This document shows positions 29,735 through 40,069 of a stretch of 64,000 nt of DNA, piece by piece. Location of the stretch: the NCBI GenBank assembly GCA_963555995.3, contig OY821641.1, positions 2,880,001-2,944,000 of the forward strand. The letters are read 5' to 3'. The translations under genes were made by a program, and so were the position numbers. Position 1 is the stretch's first letter, and each line of letters opens with the position of its first letter. The notes beneath the pieces are model-generated. The model made no database searches, was not told where the DNA came from, and saw only the letters and a program-made list of their open reading frames with translations. The DNA comes from Vicinamibacteria bacterium. Its GTDB lineage: Bacteria; Acidobacteriota; Vicinamibacteria; Marinacidobacterales; Marinacidobacteraceae.

Positions 29735-30615
29735 CGGCCGGCGGGCCGCCCCGCCCGGGGAGCCGTGGACTCGGGGAAAGGGCCCAAGGCGCCCTCGAAG
29801 ACCCGGGTGACCGGGCCCTCCATCAGCGGCGCCTCCCCGGCGCAATCAATATGGATCAGGTCGCCGCTCGCCACCCGGACCGGGACGGCCGCCGGCCAAC
29901 CGAAGAAGCGATGCGCCACCGTGACCGCCGCCGTGGCCCCCGTCCCGCACGCGAGACACTCGGCTTCGACGCCGCGCTCGAAGGTGCGCAGCCGGATCTC
30001 TCCCGAACTTTCGTCCAGCGCCATGAAGTTGGCGTTCGCCCCGGCCGGAAAAACCGCATGCCGCCGGATCGCGCCGCCCCGGCGCTCCACGTCCACGACG
30101 CCAACGTCCGGGACGACCTCGATGGCGTGCGGAACGCCGACCTCCAGCGCGAACAGTTCGGCCTCCCCACCCGGGAGATCGGACAGCCGGAGCCGGCGGA
30201 TGGGACCCGGCCTCGCCATGGCCACCCGCACCGTCGCCGCACCGTTCGCATGCCCCAGGATGTCGGCCCGCAGCACCCCAGCCGGGGTGGCGATCCGCTG
30301 CGAAGCCCCGCCCGCCCCGATCTCCCGCGCGAAGACCGCGGCGCAGCGGGTCCCGTTGCCGCAGAGCTCTCCCTCGCTGCCGTCGGCGTTGAAGTACCGC
30401 ATCACGTAGTCGGCCTCCTGCCCCGCGCCCTCCCGCTCGATCAGGATCAGGCCGTCCGCCCCGATCCCGAGCTTGCGGCGGCACGCCCGCCGGGCGAGCG
30501 GAGCCTTCGCCGCCTCCTCGATGAAGCCGTCGCGGTTGTCCGCGACCACGAAGTCGTTCCCCGCGCCGTGCATCTTCACGAAGGAGAGGGAGCGGGCCGC
30601 GGGGCTGTGGTTCAT
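29731..30615 (-). CDS. dapF: Diaminopimelate epimerase
   Basis: FVKMHGAGNDF, GIGADG, FNADGSEGELCGNGTRC, ERGVEAECLACGTG. Confidence 0.96.
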   Translation of the reverse strand: MNHSPAARSLSFVKMHGAGNDFVVADNRDGFIEEAAKAPLARRACRRKLGIGADGLILIEREGAGQEADYVMRYFNADGSEGELCGNGTRCAAVFAREIGAGGASQRIATPAGVLRADILGHANGAATVRVAMARPGPIRRLRLSDLPGGEAELFALEVGVPHAIEVVPDVGVVDVERRGGAIRRHAVFPAGANANFMALDESSGEIRLRTFERGVEAECLACGTGATAAVTVAHRFFGWPAAVPVRVASGDLIHIDCAGEAPLMEGPVTRVFEGALGPFPESTAPRAGRPAGR

Positions 30616-32891
30616 GACGGGCGACAACGGATCGTAGCCACCGCGCCGTCGTCCGCGCGGGGAACCACGGTCCCGATCCGGACCGCCTCCACGTCCGCTT
30701 CGCGGAGCCGACCCAGGAATTCCGCGGCTCGCGCATCGGGCACCCCGGCGAGAAAACCCCCCGCCGTCTGCGGATCGAACAGCAGCTCCAGGCCCGGATG
30801 CCGGGAAGCCTCGGCCTCGATGCGGATCGCCTTCGCGACGTTCCGGTTCGCCTCGTGCGCGGTGCTGCGGAGGCCGGAACCGAGGAGTTCCTCGGCGCCG
30901 GAGAGCGCGGGCAGCGCCGCGACGTCCAGCTCGGCCGACACGGCGCTCGCCCGCAGCATCTCGGCGAGGTGGTTCATGAGGCCGAAGCCGGTCACGTCGG
31001 TCGCCGCGCGGAGGCCCGCCGCGACCGCCGCCCGCGCCGCCTTCGCGTTGGGACACACCATCTGGGCGGCGGCGGCCTCGAGCCACGCCCCGCGTCCCCG
31101 GCCGAGCATGACGCCGCGCAGCACCACCCCGCTGCCGAGCCGCTTGGTCAGGTAGAGCCCGTCGCCGGCTTCGAGGCCGTCCAGGGTCAGGAGGCGATCC
31201 CCGATCGGGTGCCCTTCCACCGAGAAGCCGACGGTCAACTCGGGACCGACGGTGGTGTGGCCGCCCAGCAGGGCAACCCCGCACTCGTCGAGCAGCGAGC
31301 GGGCGCCCGCCAGGAGCTGGTAGAGCGTCTCCGCACCGGCTTCGGGGGTCTCCTCCTCGGGAAGGTTGACCAGCGCCATCGCGTAGCGCGGTTCCGCGCC
31401 CGTGGCGAAGAGGTCCGAGAGGGCATTCGCCGCCGCGACCTTCCCGTTCAGCCAGTGGTCCCCGCTGAACGCCTTGAACCAGTCCACGCTCGAAACCACC
31501 ACGTCGCCGCGCGGGGTCGCGAAGGCGGCGGCGTCGTCCGACTGTTCGAGCCCGAGGCGGACCCTCCCATGGCTCCCGCCGGCGCCGGCGCCGAGTTCGT
31601 CCCGCAGGCGGCCGAGCGCGCGGTCGAGGGTGGTCTGGCCGGCCTTCGCCGCGCAGCCCCCGCACACCATGGCCTCCATCGCCGTCCGGTCCATCCGGGA
31701 GAACTCCTCGGTGGTCCCGCCCCCGTCGTCGAGCACCTGGAACTTCCGCATGAACTTCCGGTCAATCCGGTCCTTGAGGTCCATCACCCAGCGGCCCTCG
31801 AAGGACGTTCCCCACTTCGCCCCGAGCGCCCGGCCGTCGCCGAGGTTCAGCAGGGTGAGGAAATCGGGCTGCGGCCGGTAGCGCCGCAGCGGACGCCCGG
31901 CCACCAGCCGGCGCAGGTTGTCGGCGATGAAGGGCCCCTGCCGCACGGCGTACACCCCGGCCTTCGGGGTCGCCGGCCAGTCCCGGAGGGTCGCGCAGTC
32001 CCCCACCGCGAAGATCCGGTCGTCGCCCAGGGTCTGGAGCGTCGGGCGGGTCAGCACGAAACCGCGTTCGTCGAGGGGCAGCCCCGAATCGCGGAAGAGG
32101 TCGAGGCTGCCGGCCCCCACCGCCCAGATGAGCGAGTCGGCGGGCAGGAGCTCGCCGTTTTCGAGCCGGACCCCGCCGTCCTCGGCGGCGGCGACCCAGG
32201 CGCCCGTGCGGATCGCGATTCCCCGGGCGGCGGCGTTGCGGCGGGCCCGGACCGCCAGCGAGGGCGGGAACCCGGTGAGCACCTCGGGAAGCGCCTGGAG
32301 CAGCGTGACCCGGAGCGCGCGCTCGACCCCGGCGCGCCGCGCCGCCGCCAGCAGCCGCTCCCGGACGGTGAACGCCAGCTCGACGCCGCCGGCGCCTCCC
32401 CCGGCGACCACCGCCTCGAACGGCCGGTCCGCGTCGTGTGCGAGGAACGACTCCGAGAGCGTCCCGATCTCCCGCACGAGGCGGGCGATCGGTCGGGTGG
32501 CGCGGGCCCACTCCCGGACACCAGGCAGGTCGAGTCCGGCGACCGTGCTGCCGATGTCGAAGGACACGAAGTCGTAGGCGAGGGGGGCGCGCCCCGCGAG
32601 ACGGATGCGCCGGTCCGGGGGATCCACTCCGACGGCGGGCGTGAGGACGACTTCGGCGCCCGCCAGCCGGGCGAGCGGGACCACGTCGATCTCCAGTTCC
32701 GAAGCCCGGTACTGACCGGCCACGAACCCCGGCACCATCCCGGAATAGACCGCGACCGGCGTGTCCAGCACGACCGTCACCCGCGCCTCCGGCCAGGGGC
32801 GCATCATCATCCGCCGCAGGACCTGGACGTGGGAATGACCGCCGCCCACGAGCACGACGTGGGGCCGGTGGACCGAAGGTTCTCGGATCAT
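30612..32891 (-). CDS. selD: FAD/NAD(P)H oxidoreductase fused to selenophosphate synthetase (SelD)
   Basis: N-half VLVGGGHSH, GGGAGGVE, FAVGDCA; C-half CGGCAAK, DDAA, NALSDLFA, GGHT, TDVTGFGL, DPQTAGG. Confidence 0.9.
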   Translation of the reverse strand: MIREPSVHRPHVVLVGGGHSHVQVLRRMMMRPWPEARVTVVLDTPVAVYSGMVPGFVAGQYRASELEIDVVPLARLAGAEVVLTPAVGVDPPDRRIRLAGRAPLAYDFVSFDIGSTVAGLDLPGVREWARATRPIARLVREIGTLSESFLAHDADRPFEAVVAGGGAGGVELAFTVRERLLAAARRAGVERALRVTLLQALPEVLTGFPPSLAVRARRNAAARGIAIRTGAWVAAAEDGGVRLENGELLPADSLIWAVGAGSLDLFRDSGLPLDERGFVLTRPTLQTLGDDRIFAVGDCATLRDWPATPKAGVYAVRQGPFIADNLRRLVAGRPLRRYRPQPDFLTLLNLGDGRALGAKWGTSFEGRWVMDLKDRIDRKFMRKFQVLDDGGGTTEEFSRMDRTAMEAMVCGGCAAKAGQTTLDRALGRLRDELGAGAGGSHGRVRLGLEQSDDAAAFATPRGDVVVSSVDWFKAFSGDHWLNGKVAAANALSDLFATGAEPRYAMALVNLPEEETPEAGAETLYQLLAGARSLLDECGVALLGGHTTVGPELTVGFSVEGHPIGDRLLTLDGLEAGDGLYLTKRLGSGVVLRGVMLGRGRGAWLEAAAAQMVCPNAKAARAAVAAGLRAATDVTGFGLMNHLAEMLRASAVSAELDVAALPALSGAEELLGSGLRSTAHEANRNVAKAIRIEAEASRHPGLELLFDPQTAGGFLAGVPDARAAEFLGRLREADVEAVRIGTVVPRADDGAVATIRCRPS

Positions 32892-33020
32892 GGATGGGGT
32901 GGCGGCAGGCAGAGTATCCGCACCCTGACGGCGACGGGCGTCGGCCATACAATCGCGGGTCCGGCCTGCCGCGGCACGGACGCCCTGTTTCCCGTCCCCG
33001 CAGCCGGGAGGAGACGATCC

Positions 33021-34625
33021 ATGAATCACCCGCTGACCCCCCTGCGAGAGCGTCCCGCGCTCCCGCTCCTCGCCGCCCTCCTGCTCGCGGCCGCCTTCGG
33101 CTGCGCGGGCGGCGGCGACGAACCGTTCACGGAGCAGCCGTGCACCGACGACATGGACCTCAACGAGTGCCTGGTCTTCCGTTCGGCGCAGTACGAACTC
33201 GACACCGAGCGGGAAAACCCGCCGCGGGGCGCTCTGGACCCCGACGTGTTCATCGAGCACGAGGCGGCCGGTTTCGCCAAGGTGCTCTGCTCGGCGGTGT
33301 TCCTGACCGGCCTCGACTTCGAGGCCGCTCAGCACCAGATCGGCGGCTTCACCTCGCGTTACCGGTACCGCGACCGGCTGACGGGGCGCGAGATCGACAT
33401 GGAGGGACAGAAGGTCCACATCACCACCGACACCGGGGTCACCCGGACGGCGGTGCTCCACGGCGACCAGGGCTGTGTCGCGCTCCCCATCGGCGAGGAA
33501 GCCCCGTTCTACGAGACGGTCCCGGTGACCTCGACCGTGAACCAGGACGACCCCTGGCCGATGGGCGACGTGCTCCCGGACGAACCGCTGCCGGAGGACG
33601 TGGACGCCGAGAAGCTCGAGGCCGCCGTGGACGCGGCCTTCGAGGAGGGCGCCATGACGCTCGCCTTCGTGGTCCTCCACCGCGGCCGGCTGGTGGCCGA
33701 GCGCTACCGCGAGGAGGACGGGATCACCAAGGACACCCCGCTCGAGAGCTGGTCCATGAACAAGAGCCTCTCCGCGACCCTGCTCGGGATCCTGATCACC
33801 CAGGGCGACTACACCCTCGACCAGCTCGCGCCGATCGACGCCTGGCACGAGGACCCGGACGACGTGCGCGGCACCATCCGCATCCAGGACATCCTCCAGA
33901 TGTCCAGCGGACTCCGCTGCCTGAACGCCGGCGATCCGGAGTGGGACGAGGCCACGATGGGGTATCCGGACCACCTCTACCTCTACACGGGCACGGTGGA
34001 TTCCCACATCTGGGCGACGGAGCGCGCGCCGCAGTGGGCGCCGAACACGGTCGGGCGCTACCGCAACTGCGACCCGATCCTCACGAACCACATCGTGCGG
34101 CTCGGGGTCGAGGGCCGCGGCGAGAACTACCACCAGTTCCCGCAGAAGCACCTCTTCGACCCGATCGGCGCCAACCGGTTCGTCGCCGAGGCCGACCCCC
34201 ACGGCAACTTCCTGCTGAACGGCTACGGCTTCGGCAGCGGACGGGCCTGGGCCCGGCTCGGCCAGCTCTACCTCGACGGCGGGATGGCCCCGAACGGCGA
34301 GCGGGTGCTGTCGGAGGAGTTCGTCGAGTTCGCCACCTCGGTGGCGCCCTCCTGGGAAGCCGACCAGCGGCCCATCTACGGGGGACTCATCTGGATCAAC
34401 AACCCGCCGCGCGGCGGCGAGAAGCGCTTCCCGGCGCTGCCCAACAGCAGCTACAACTTCGCCGGCGCCGGCGGCCAGAGCACGATCATCGTCCCCGAGC
34501 ACGAGATGGTGATCGCGCGGCTCGGCCTCTACGAGGGCTCGCTCGACGGCAGCGCCAACCGGGCGCTCCAGAACGCGCTGGGGATGCTGGTCGAGGCGAT
34601 TCCCCGGGCCGACGCGGCAAACTGA
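33021..34625 (+). CDS. Serine hydrolase, beta-lactamase family lipoprotein
   Basis: Lipobox AFG-C; SWSMNKS (SxxK), LQMSSGL, YRN, GAGGQ. Confidence 0.85.
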   Translation: MNHPLTPLRERPALPLLAALLLAAAFGCAGGGDEPFTEQPCTDDMDLNECLVFRSAQYELDTERENPPRGALDPDVFIEHEAAGFAKVLCSAVFLTGLDFEAAQHQIGGFTSRYRYRDRLTGREIDMEGQKVHITTDTGVTRTAVLHGDQGCVALPIGEEAPFYETVPVTSTVNQDDPWPMGDVLPDEPLPEDVDAEKLEAAVDAAFEEGAMTLAFVVLHRGRLVAERYREEDGITKDTPLESWSMNKSLSATLLGILITQGDYTLDQLAPIDAWHEDPDDVRGTIRIQDILQMSSGLRCLNAGDPEWDEATMGYPDHLYLYTGTVDSHIWATERAPQWAPNTVGRYRNCDPILTNHIVRLGVEGRGENYHQFPQKHLFDPIGANRFVAEADPHGNFLLNGYGFGSGRAWARLGQLYLDGGMAPNGERVLSEEFVEFATSVAPSWEADQRPIYGGLIWINNPPRGGEKRFPALPNSSYNFAGAGGQSTIIVPEHEMVIARLGLYEGSLDGSANRALQNALGMLVEAIPRADAAN

Positions 34626-34630
34626 CGCAC

Positions 34631-35806
34631 ATGCGCAGACACCCCGCTGGGCTGGCGGCTGCCGGCCTCTCCCTGATGCTGCTCGCGGGCTTCGGCTGCG
34701 CCGGAGTGGACAGCGATACGCCGGGCGACGGAGTCGCCGAGGCCCAGGGCGGGCCGCCCGCGCTCCCGCTGGAACGGCTCTCGCTGCCTCCCGGTTTCGA
34801 GATCGCCGTCTGGGGCCGGGTGCCCGGCGCCCGCTCGCTGGCCCGGGGGGAGAACGGCACGATCTTCGTGGGGACCCGCGAGGCGTCCGGCGGGGTGTAC
34901 GCGGTGCGCGACAACGACGGCGACGGCGAGGCCGACGAACTCCACACCCTCGCCGAAGACCTCTTCATGCCGAACGGGGTGGCGATGCGCGACGGCGACC
35001 TCTACGTCGCCGAGGTGAACCGGATCCTCCGGTTCGACGGCATCGAGTCGCGACTCAACGATCCCGGCGAGCCGGTGGTGGTCACCGACGACCTCCCGGA
35101 CATGCGCCACCACGGCTGGAAGTTCATTGACTTCGGCCCCGACGGGTTGCTCTACGTTCCCGTGGGGGCGCCCTGCAACCGCTGCGCCTCGGAGGACCCG
35201 CTCTTCGCCTCCATCGCCCGGATGCAGCCCGACGGCTCCGGCCTGGAGGTCGCGGCGCGCGGGGTGAGGATGTCCGTCGGGTTCGACTGGCATCCCGAAA
35301 CCGGTCAGATGTGGTTCACCGACAACAACCCGGACTGGCTCGGCGACGACAACCCGCCCGGCGAGATGAACATCCTCACCGAGGCCGGGCAGCACTTCGG
35401 CTACCCCTACTGCCACGCGGGGGACGTGAGCGATCCCTGGTACGGCCGGGACCGGTCCTGCGACGAGTTCGAGCCGCCGACCCAGAAGCTGGGACCCCAC
35501 GTCGCCGCCATCGGGATGACCTTCTACCGGGGCGACCAGTTTCCCGCGGAGTACCGGGGTCAGGCGATCGTCGCCGAGCACGGCTCGTGGAACCGCAGCG
35601 AGCGGATCGGGTACCGCCTGACCCTGGTGCGGAACGAGGACGGGGTGGCGACCGCCTACGAGGACTTCGTCACCGGCTGGATCGGGGAACCCGACGAGCG
35701 CGCCTGGGGCCGCCCCGTGGACGTCCTCGAGTTGCCCGGCGGCGACATCCTGGTCTCCGACGACCGCGCGGGAGCGATCTACCGGATTTGGTACTCCGGA
35801 GACTGA
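34631..35806 (+). CDS. PQQ-dependent sugar/sorbosone dehydrogenase family lipoprotein
   Basis: Lipobox; HHGWKFIDFGPDG, VGAPCN, EHGSWNRS, GRPVDV, SDD. Confidence 0.88.
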   Translation: MRRHPAGLAAAGLSLMLLAGFGCAGVDSDTPGDGVAEAQGGPPALPLERLSLPPGFEIAVWGRVPGARSLARGENGTIFVGTREASGGVYAVRDNDGDGEADELHTLAEDLFMPNGVAMRDGDLYVAEVNRILRFDGIESRLNDPGEPVVVTDDLPDMRHHGWKFIDFGPDGLLYVPVGAPCNRCASEDPLFASIARMQPDGSGLEVAARGVRMSVGFDWHPETGQMWFTDNNPDWLGDDNPPGEMNILTEAGQHFGYPYCHAGDVSDPWYGRDRSCDEFEPPTQKLGPHVAAIGMTFYRGDQFPAEYRGQAIVAEHGSWNRSERIGYRLTLVRNEDGVATAYEDFVTGWIGEPDERAWGRPVDVLELPGGDILVSDDRAGAIYRIWYSGD

Positions 35807-35832
35807 TCGGGCTCATCCTCAGGACATCGACT

Positions 35833-36822
35833 GTGGCCGGAGTCACCTACTTCCCAAGGTACTCAGGAAAGGAGAACGTCGTCACAAACAACACGTTGCT
35901 GTTGTTTTCCCGCATCTATGACTATTCTCCGCAGTCATTCCAGGAAATCATCAGCCAGTTGACCGCCTCAGACATAGAGGTCGGACCGGAAATCACTCAG
36001 CAAGATCGCTCCGGTAAGTCAGTGACGGACGGCAGCATTCAGCAACAGAGTTTCCGAATCCTTGTGGAGACGAAAGTCAGTGCCGGTATTGACTACGATC
36101 AGCTCGTCCGCCATTCAGAAAGATTCGGTGATGAGAGCGTTAGAGTCCTCCTCTTGATTACGAAGCATGCCTTAGACAACGAACAACAAACCGCGATCAA
36201 GAATCGGCTCAAAAAGGGTGTCATCTTTGGTGCGGTTGATTTCAGTACTCTATGTGCCGTGATTGAAGGACTGTTTGCTGAGTATGAACGTGACATAGGA
36301 GTCGTCGTAGAGGACTATGTGGACTACTGTAGACACGAACAGATCTTGGACGAGTCGAAAGAGACCATGCGAATCGTTCCATGTGGGCAATCTCATGAAT
36401 TGAACAGAAAGTACGGAATCTACTACCACCCATTCCGGCGTGGCTACAGACCACACGGATACATTGGGATTTACGCTCAGAAGAGCGTCACCGTCTTATG
36501 GAGAATCCGATCGGTCTTTGACGCCACTATCGATGATGCCGGCAAGCTGAAACGAGGTGCCGCCATCGTAGGTGAAGAGACTTCCGATTTTGACCAGAAG
36601 CTCATCGGCATTATCGGCGAAGCGCTCGAACACTGCGGCCATAGAATTCGTAGAGATCACCGCTTCTTTTGTGGAGATCCGATAGATACCGACTTCAGGA
36701 AAACGAGCAAGTACGGTCTTCGCAAGAACACCTACATAAACCTGAAGGAGAAAATTCCGGACGTTGATCTCGATTCCCCAAAGGCTGTTGCCCGCGCCCT
36801 GAAGAAGACTGATTGGCAGTGA
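35833..36822 (+). CDS. Lower-GC hypothetical protein with a PD-(D/E)XK nuclease-like motif
   Basis: TDGSI...ILVETK...DQLVRH pattern; visibly more AT-rich than the flanks. Confidence 0.65.
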   Translation: MAGVTYFPRYSGKENVVTNNTLLLFSRIYDYSPQSFQEIISQLTASDIEVGPEITQQDRSGKSVTDGSIQQQSFRILVETKVSAGIDYDQLVRHSERFGDESVRVLLLITKHALDNEQQTAIKNRLKKGVIFGAVDFSTLCAVIEGLFAEYERDIGVVVEDYVDYCRHEQILDESKETMRIVPCGQSHELNRKYGIYYHPFRRGYRPHGYIGIYAQKSVTVLWRIRSVFDATIDDAGKLKRGAAIVGEETSDFDQKLIGIIGEALEHCGHRIRRDHRFFCGDPIDTDFRKTSKYGLRKNTYINLKEKIPDVDLDSPKAVARALKKTDWQ

Positions 36823-38864
36823 CATCCCTTACCGCTGTCGGTTGCTCTACAGACAGACGACCGAGGCGAAATAGACTCTGCCGTCAGGCTCGTCGATTCC
36901 GGAGCACTCTCTACAACAGTTCGGTGGCGATGGTCGTTCTGTCGCTAGGAACTGTCGTCGTCTCGACGCAGATGGGCACCGCGCAGGAGCGCGACCCCGG
37001 GGAGTGGCCGCACTACGCGGCGGACCTGTCCTCGACCCGCTACTCCCCGCTCGACCAGATCCACGCGGGCAACGTGGACCAGTTGGAGATCGTCTGGCGC
37101 TGGACCTCGCGGAACTTCGGACCTCGTCCCGATCTCAACCTGCGAGCCACCCCGCTGATGCTCGACGGAGTGCTCTACGTCACCGCGGGCGCCCGGCGGG
37201 TGGCGGTGGCGATGGACGCCGCGACGGGGGAGACGCTCTGGACCTACCGCCTCGACGAGGGGAAACGCGGGGAGTCGGCGCCCCGGCAGACCTCCGGACG
37301 GGGGGTCGCGTTCTGGAGCGACGGCGAGACGGCGCGGGTGTTCCTGGTCACCCCGGCCTACCGGCTGGTGGCGCTCGACGCCGAGACCGGCCGCCTCGTC
37401 CCGGGATTCGGCCTCGACGGCATGGTGGACCTGCGCCGCAACCTGGGCCGGGAGGTGGATCTCGAGACCGCCGCCATCGGCTCCGGCTCGCCGCCCACCG
37501 TGGTGGGAGACGTGGTCGTCGTGGGGGCGGCGCTCGTGAGCGGCGGCGCGCCGCCGACGCCGGAGAACTCCCCATCCCCGGTGCGCGGTTACGACGTCCG
37601 GAGCGGCGAGCTGCTCTGGACCTTCCACACGATTCCCCGCGAGGGCGAGTTCGGGAACGACACCTGGGAGAACGACAGTTGGCGCTTCACCGGCAACACC
37701 GGGGTATGGGCCTGGATGAGCGCCGACCCCGAACTCGGGCTCGTCTATCTGCCGACCGAAGCGCCGACCGGGGACTACTACGGGGGGCACCGCCCCGGCG
37801 ACAACCTGTTCTCCCAGAGCGTGGTCGCGCTGGACGTGGCGACCGGGGAACGGCGCTGGCACTACCAGACGGTCCACCACCCGATCTGGGACTACGACCT
37901 CCCCACCGCCCCGGTGCTCCTCGACCTGACCGTGGACGGCCGGGAGATCCCCGCCCTCGCCCAGGTGACCAAGCAGGCGTTCACCTTCGTGCTCGACCGC
38001 CGCACCGGCGAGCCGGTCTGGCCCATCGAGGAACGTCCCATGCCGGCGTCCACCGTACCGGGCGAAAAGACGGCGCCCACCCAGCCGTTCCCGACGAAGC
38101 CGCCGCCGTTCCAGCGGCAGGGGGTGAGCGAGGACGACCTGCTGGATCTCACCCCGGAACTCAAGGAACAGGCGCTCCGGATCGCGCGGTTCTACACCCT
38201 CGGCCCGCTGTTCACCCCGCCGACGGTCATGGTCCCGCGGGGCAACCGCGGAACGCTGACGGTGCCCGGCGCCCTCGGCGGGGCGAACTGGCCGAGCGTT
38301 GCAGCGGACCCGGAGACCGGGATCGTGTACGTCTCCTCGGGTCTCGACGTGAACGTGCTCGGGCTCGAGAACGACCCGGAACGCTCGACCATGGACTTCG
38401 TGCAGGGGACGCGCCGGGAGATCCGGCTTCCGGAGGGCGGCGGGCCGCAGGGCCTGCCGCTGCTGAAGCCCCCGTGGGGACTCATCACCGCGCTCGACCT
38501 GAACCGGGGCGAGATCCTCTGGCAGATTCCGAACGGCGACACGCCGGAGTGGATCCGGGAGCATCCCGCGCTCGACGGGGTCGAACTGGAGCGGACCGGT
38601 CAGGCCGACCGGGGCGGGCTGCTGGTGACGAAGACCCTCCTCTTCGCGGGCGAGGGGTCCGGCATGTTCGCCGCGTTCGGCAGCGGCGGCCCCATGTTCC
38701 GCGCCCACGACAAGGCGACGGGCGAGATCCTCTGGGAGTTCGAGCTGCCGGCGAACCAGTCCGGCACCCCGATGAGCTACCTGGTGGACGGTCGGCAGTT
38801 CATCGTGGTCGCGGTGGGAGCACCGGACCATCCGGCCGAGTTCGTGGCGCTCGCGCTTCCGTAG
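36819..38864 (+). CDS. PQQ-dependent glucose/quinate dehydrogenase family protein (start uncertain)
   Basis: RYSPLDQI, ATPLM, GRGVAFW, WHYQTVHHPIWDYD, GGANW, TPMSY. Confidence 0.9.
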   Translation: MTSLTAVGCSTDRRPRRNRLCRQARRFRSTLYNSSVAMVVLSLGTVVVSTQMGTAQERDPGEWPHYAADLSSTRYSPLDQIHAGNVDQLEIVWRWTSRNFGPRPDLNLRATPLMLDGVLYVTAGARRVAVAMDAATGETLWTYRLDEGKRGESAPRQTSGRGVAFWSDGETARVFLVTPAYRLVALDAETGRLVPGFGLDGMVDLRRNLGREVDLETAAIGSGSPPTVVGDVVVVGAALVSGGAPPTPENSPSPVRGYDVRSGELLWTFHTIPREGEFGNDTWENDSWRFTGNTGVWAWMSADPELGLVYLPTEAPTGDYYGGHRPGDNLFSQSVVALDVATGERRWHYQTVHHPIWDYDLPTAPVLLDLTVDGREIPALAQVTKQAFTFVLDRRTGEPVWPIEERPMPASTVPGEKTAPTQPFPTKPPPFQRQGVSEDDLLDLTPELKEQALRIARFYTLGPLFTPPTVMVPRGNRGTLTVPGALGGANWPSVAADPETGIVYVSSGLDVNVLGLENDPERSTMDFVQGTRREIRLPEGGGPQGLPLLKPPWGLITALDLNRGEILWQIPNGDTPEWIREHPALDGVELERTGQADRGGLLVTKTLLFAGEGSGMFAAFGSGGPMFRAHDKATGEILWEFELPANQSGTPMSYLVDGRQFIVVAVGAPDHPAEFVALALP

Positions 38865-40069
38865 CCCACATCGCCGTTGCCGAATCACTACCGCTCCGCC
38901 GAGCGCGATAGAGGCCATTGAATGGACGCCAACAAAGTAACTTTGGTCAAGTTGTTCCAAGGGGATCGTCAGTTCAGGGTCCCGCTATATCAGCGTTCCT
39001 ATGTGTGGGATTTGGACCCGCAGTGGGAACCCCTGTGGGAAGACGTCACTCGCGTTGCCGAGGGCGTCCTCGCCGGAAAGGAATCTATAGCGCCTCATTT
39101 TCTCGGCGCGATTGTCGTTTCCCAGTTACCACAGCCGACGGGGGACTTGGAAATCCGGGACGTTATCGACGGACAGCAGCGTTTGACGACGTTGCAACTC
39201 CTTATGGATGCTGTCGAAGAAGTACTCCGAGAGTCGAACCATGTTACTGAGAGTCGACGTCTTCGTAGTCTCCTGCTCAATGACGATGGACTGTTCTCTG
39301 GCGATGATCAGTTCAAGGTGCGACCAACCAATGCCGATCAGGCGGCTTTCAGAAGTGCCATGGACGACCATCGGGTCGCGAGTCCTGACACCGCAGAAAC
39401 GAATATCGTGAGGGCTCACGAGTACTTCAAGGCATCTGCACGTGCATGGGTATCGAATCTTTCGGCAACCGAAACGAAGGACCGCTTTTCCGCACTAGTC
39501 ACTGCTATACGAAACCACCTCTGTGTAGTCGTCATTGATCTCACGGTTAGCGATAACCATCACGCCATCTTTGAAACGCTAAACGCTCGCGGTACGCCTC
39601 TATTGGCATCGGACCTCGTAAAGAACCATCTTCTCCACGAGGCGGAGAGGCAGAATCTAGATGTCGAGCAAATCTACCGGGAGAACTGGAAACAGTTCGA
39701 GGATCCATGGTGGCACGGCGAGATTACGCTAGGACGCCTCCGATGGCCCAGACTTGACGCATTCCTGTACTACTGGTTGGGGATGCATCTCGCGCAGGAT
39801 ATCAACACGCAGCAGCTCTTCGGCATCTATAGAGAGTTTGTCACCGAGTCCAATCTGAGCCCCCAGAGTGTCGCATCGGACTTCGCAAGCCTTAGCAGGA
39901 CATTCCGATCCATCGAGGACGGTGAACTCTTGGCCGAGGAATGGGATTTCTTCGAGAGGCGAAATGTACTCAATCTTCGCGTCCTCACACCGCTTCTCTT
40001 GTGGCTCTTCGGAGACAAGACCGCGCCGCCAAAGGAAACCCGAAGCGTGTGTCTTCGCCTTCTCGAGAG

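Noticed and set aside
30612-34625. 1296-aa and 1275-aa giant ORFs in the track
   Set aside because: Each is a real gene (selD fusion from 32891, serine hydrolase from 33021) extended upstream by the stop-free antisense frame of its divergent neighbour.
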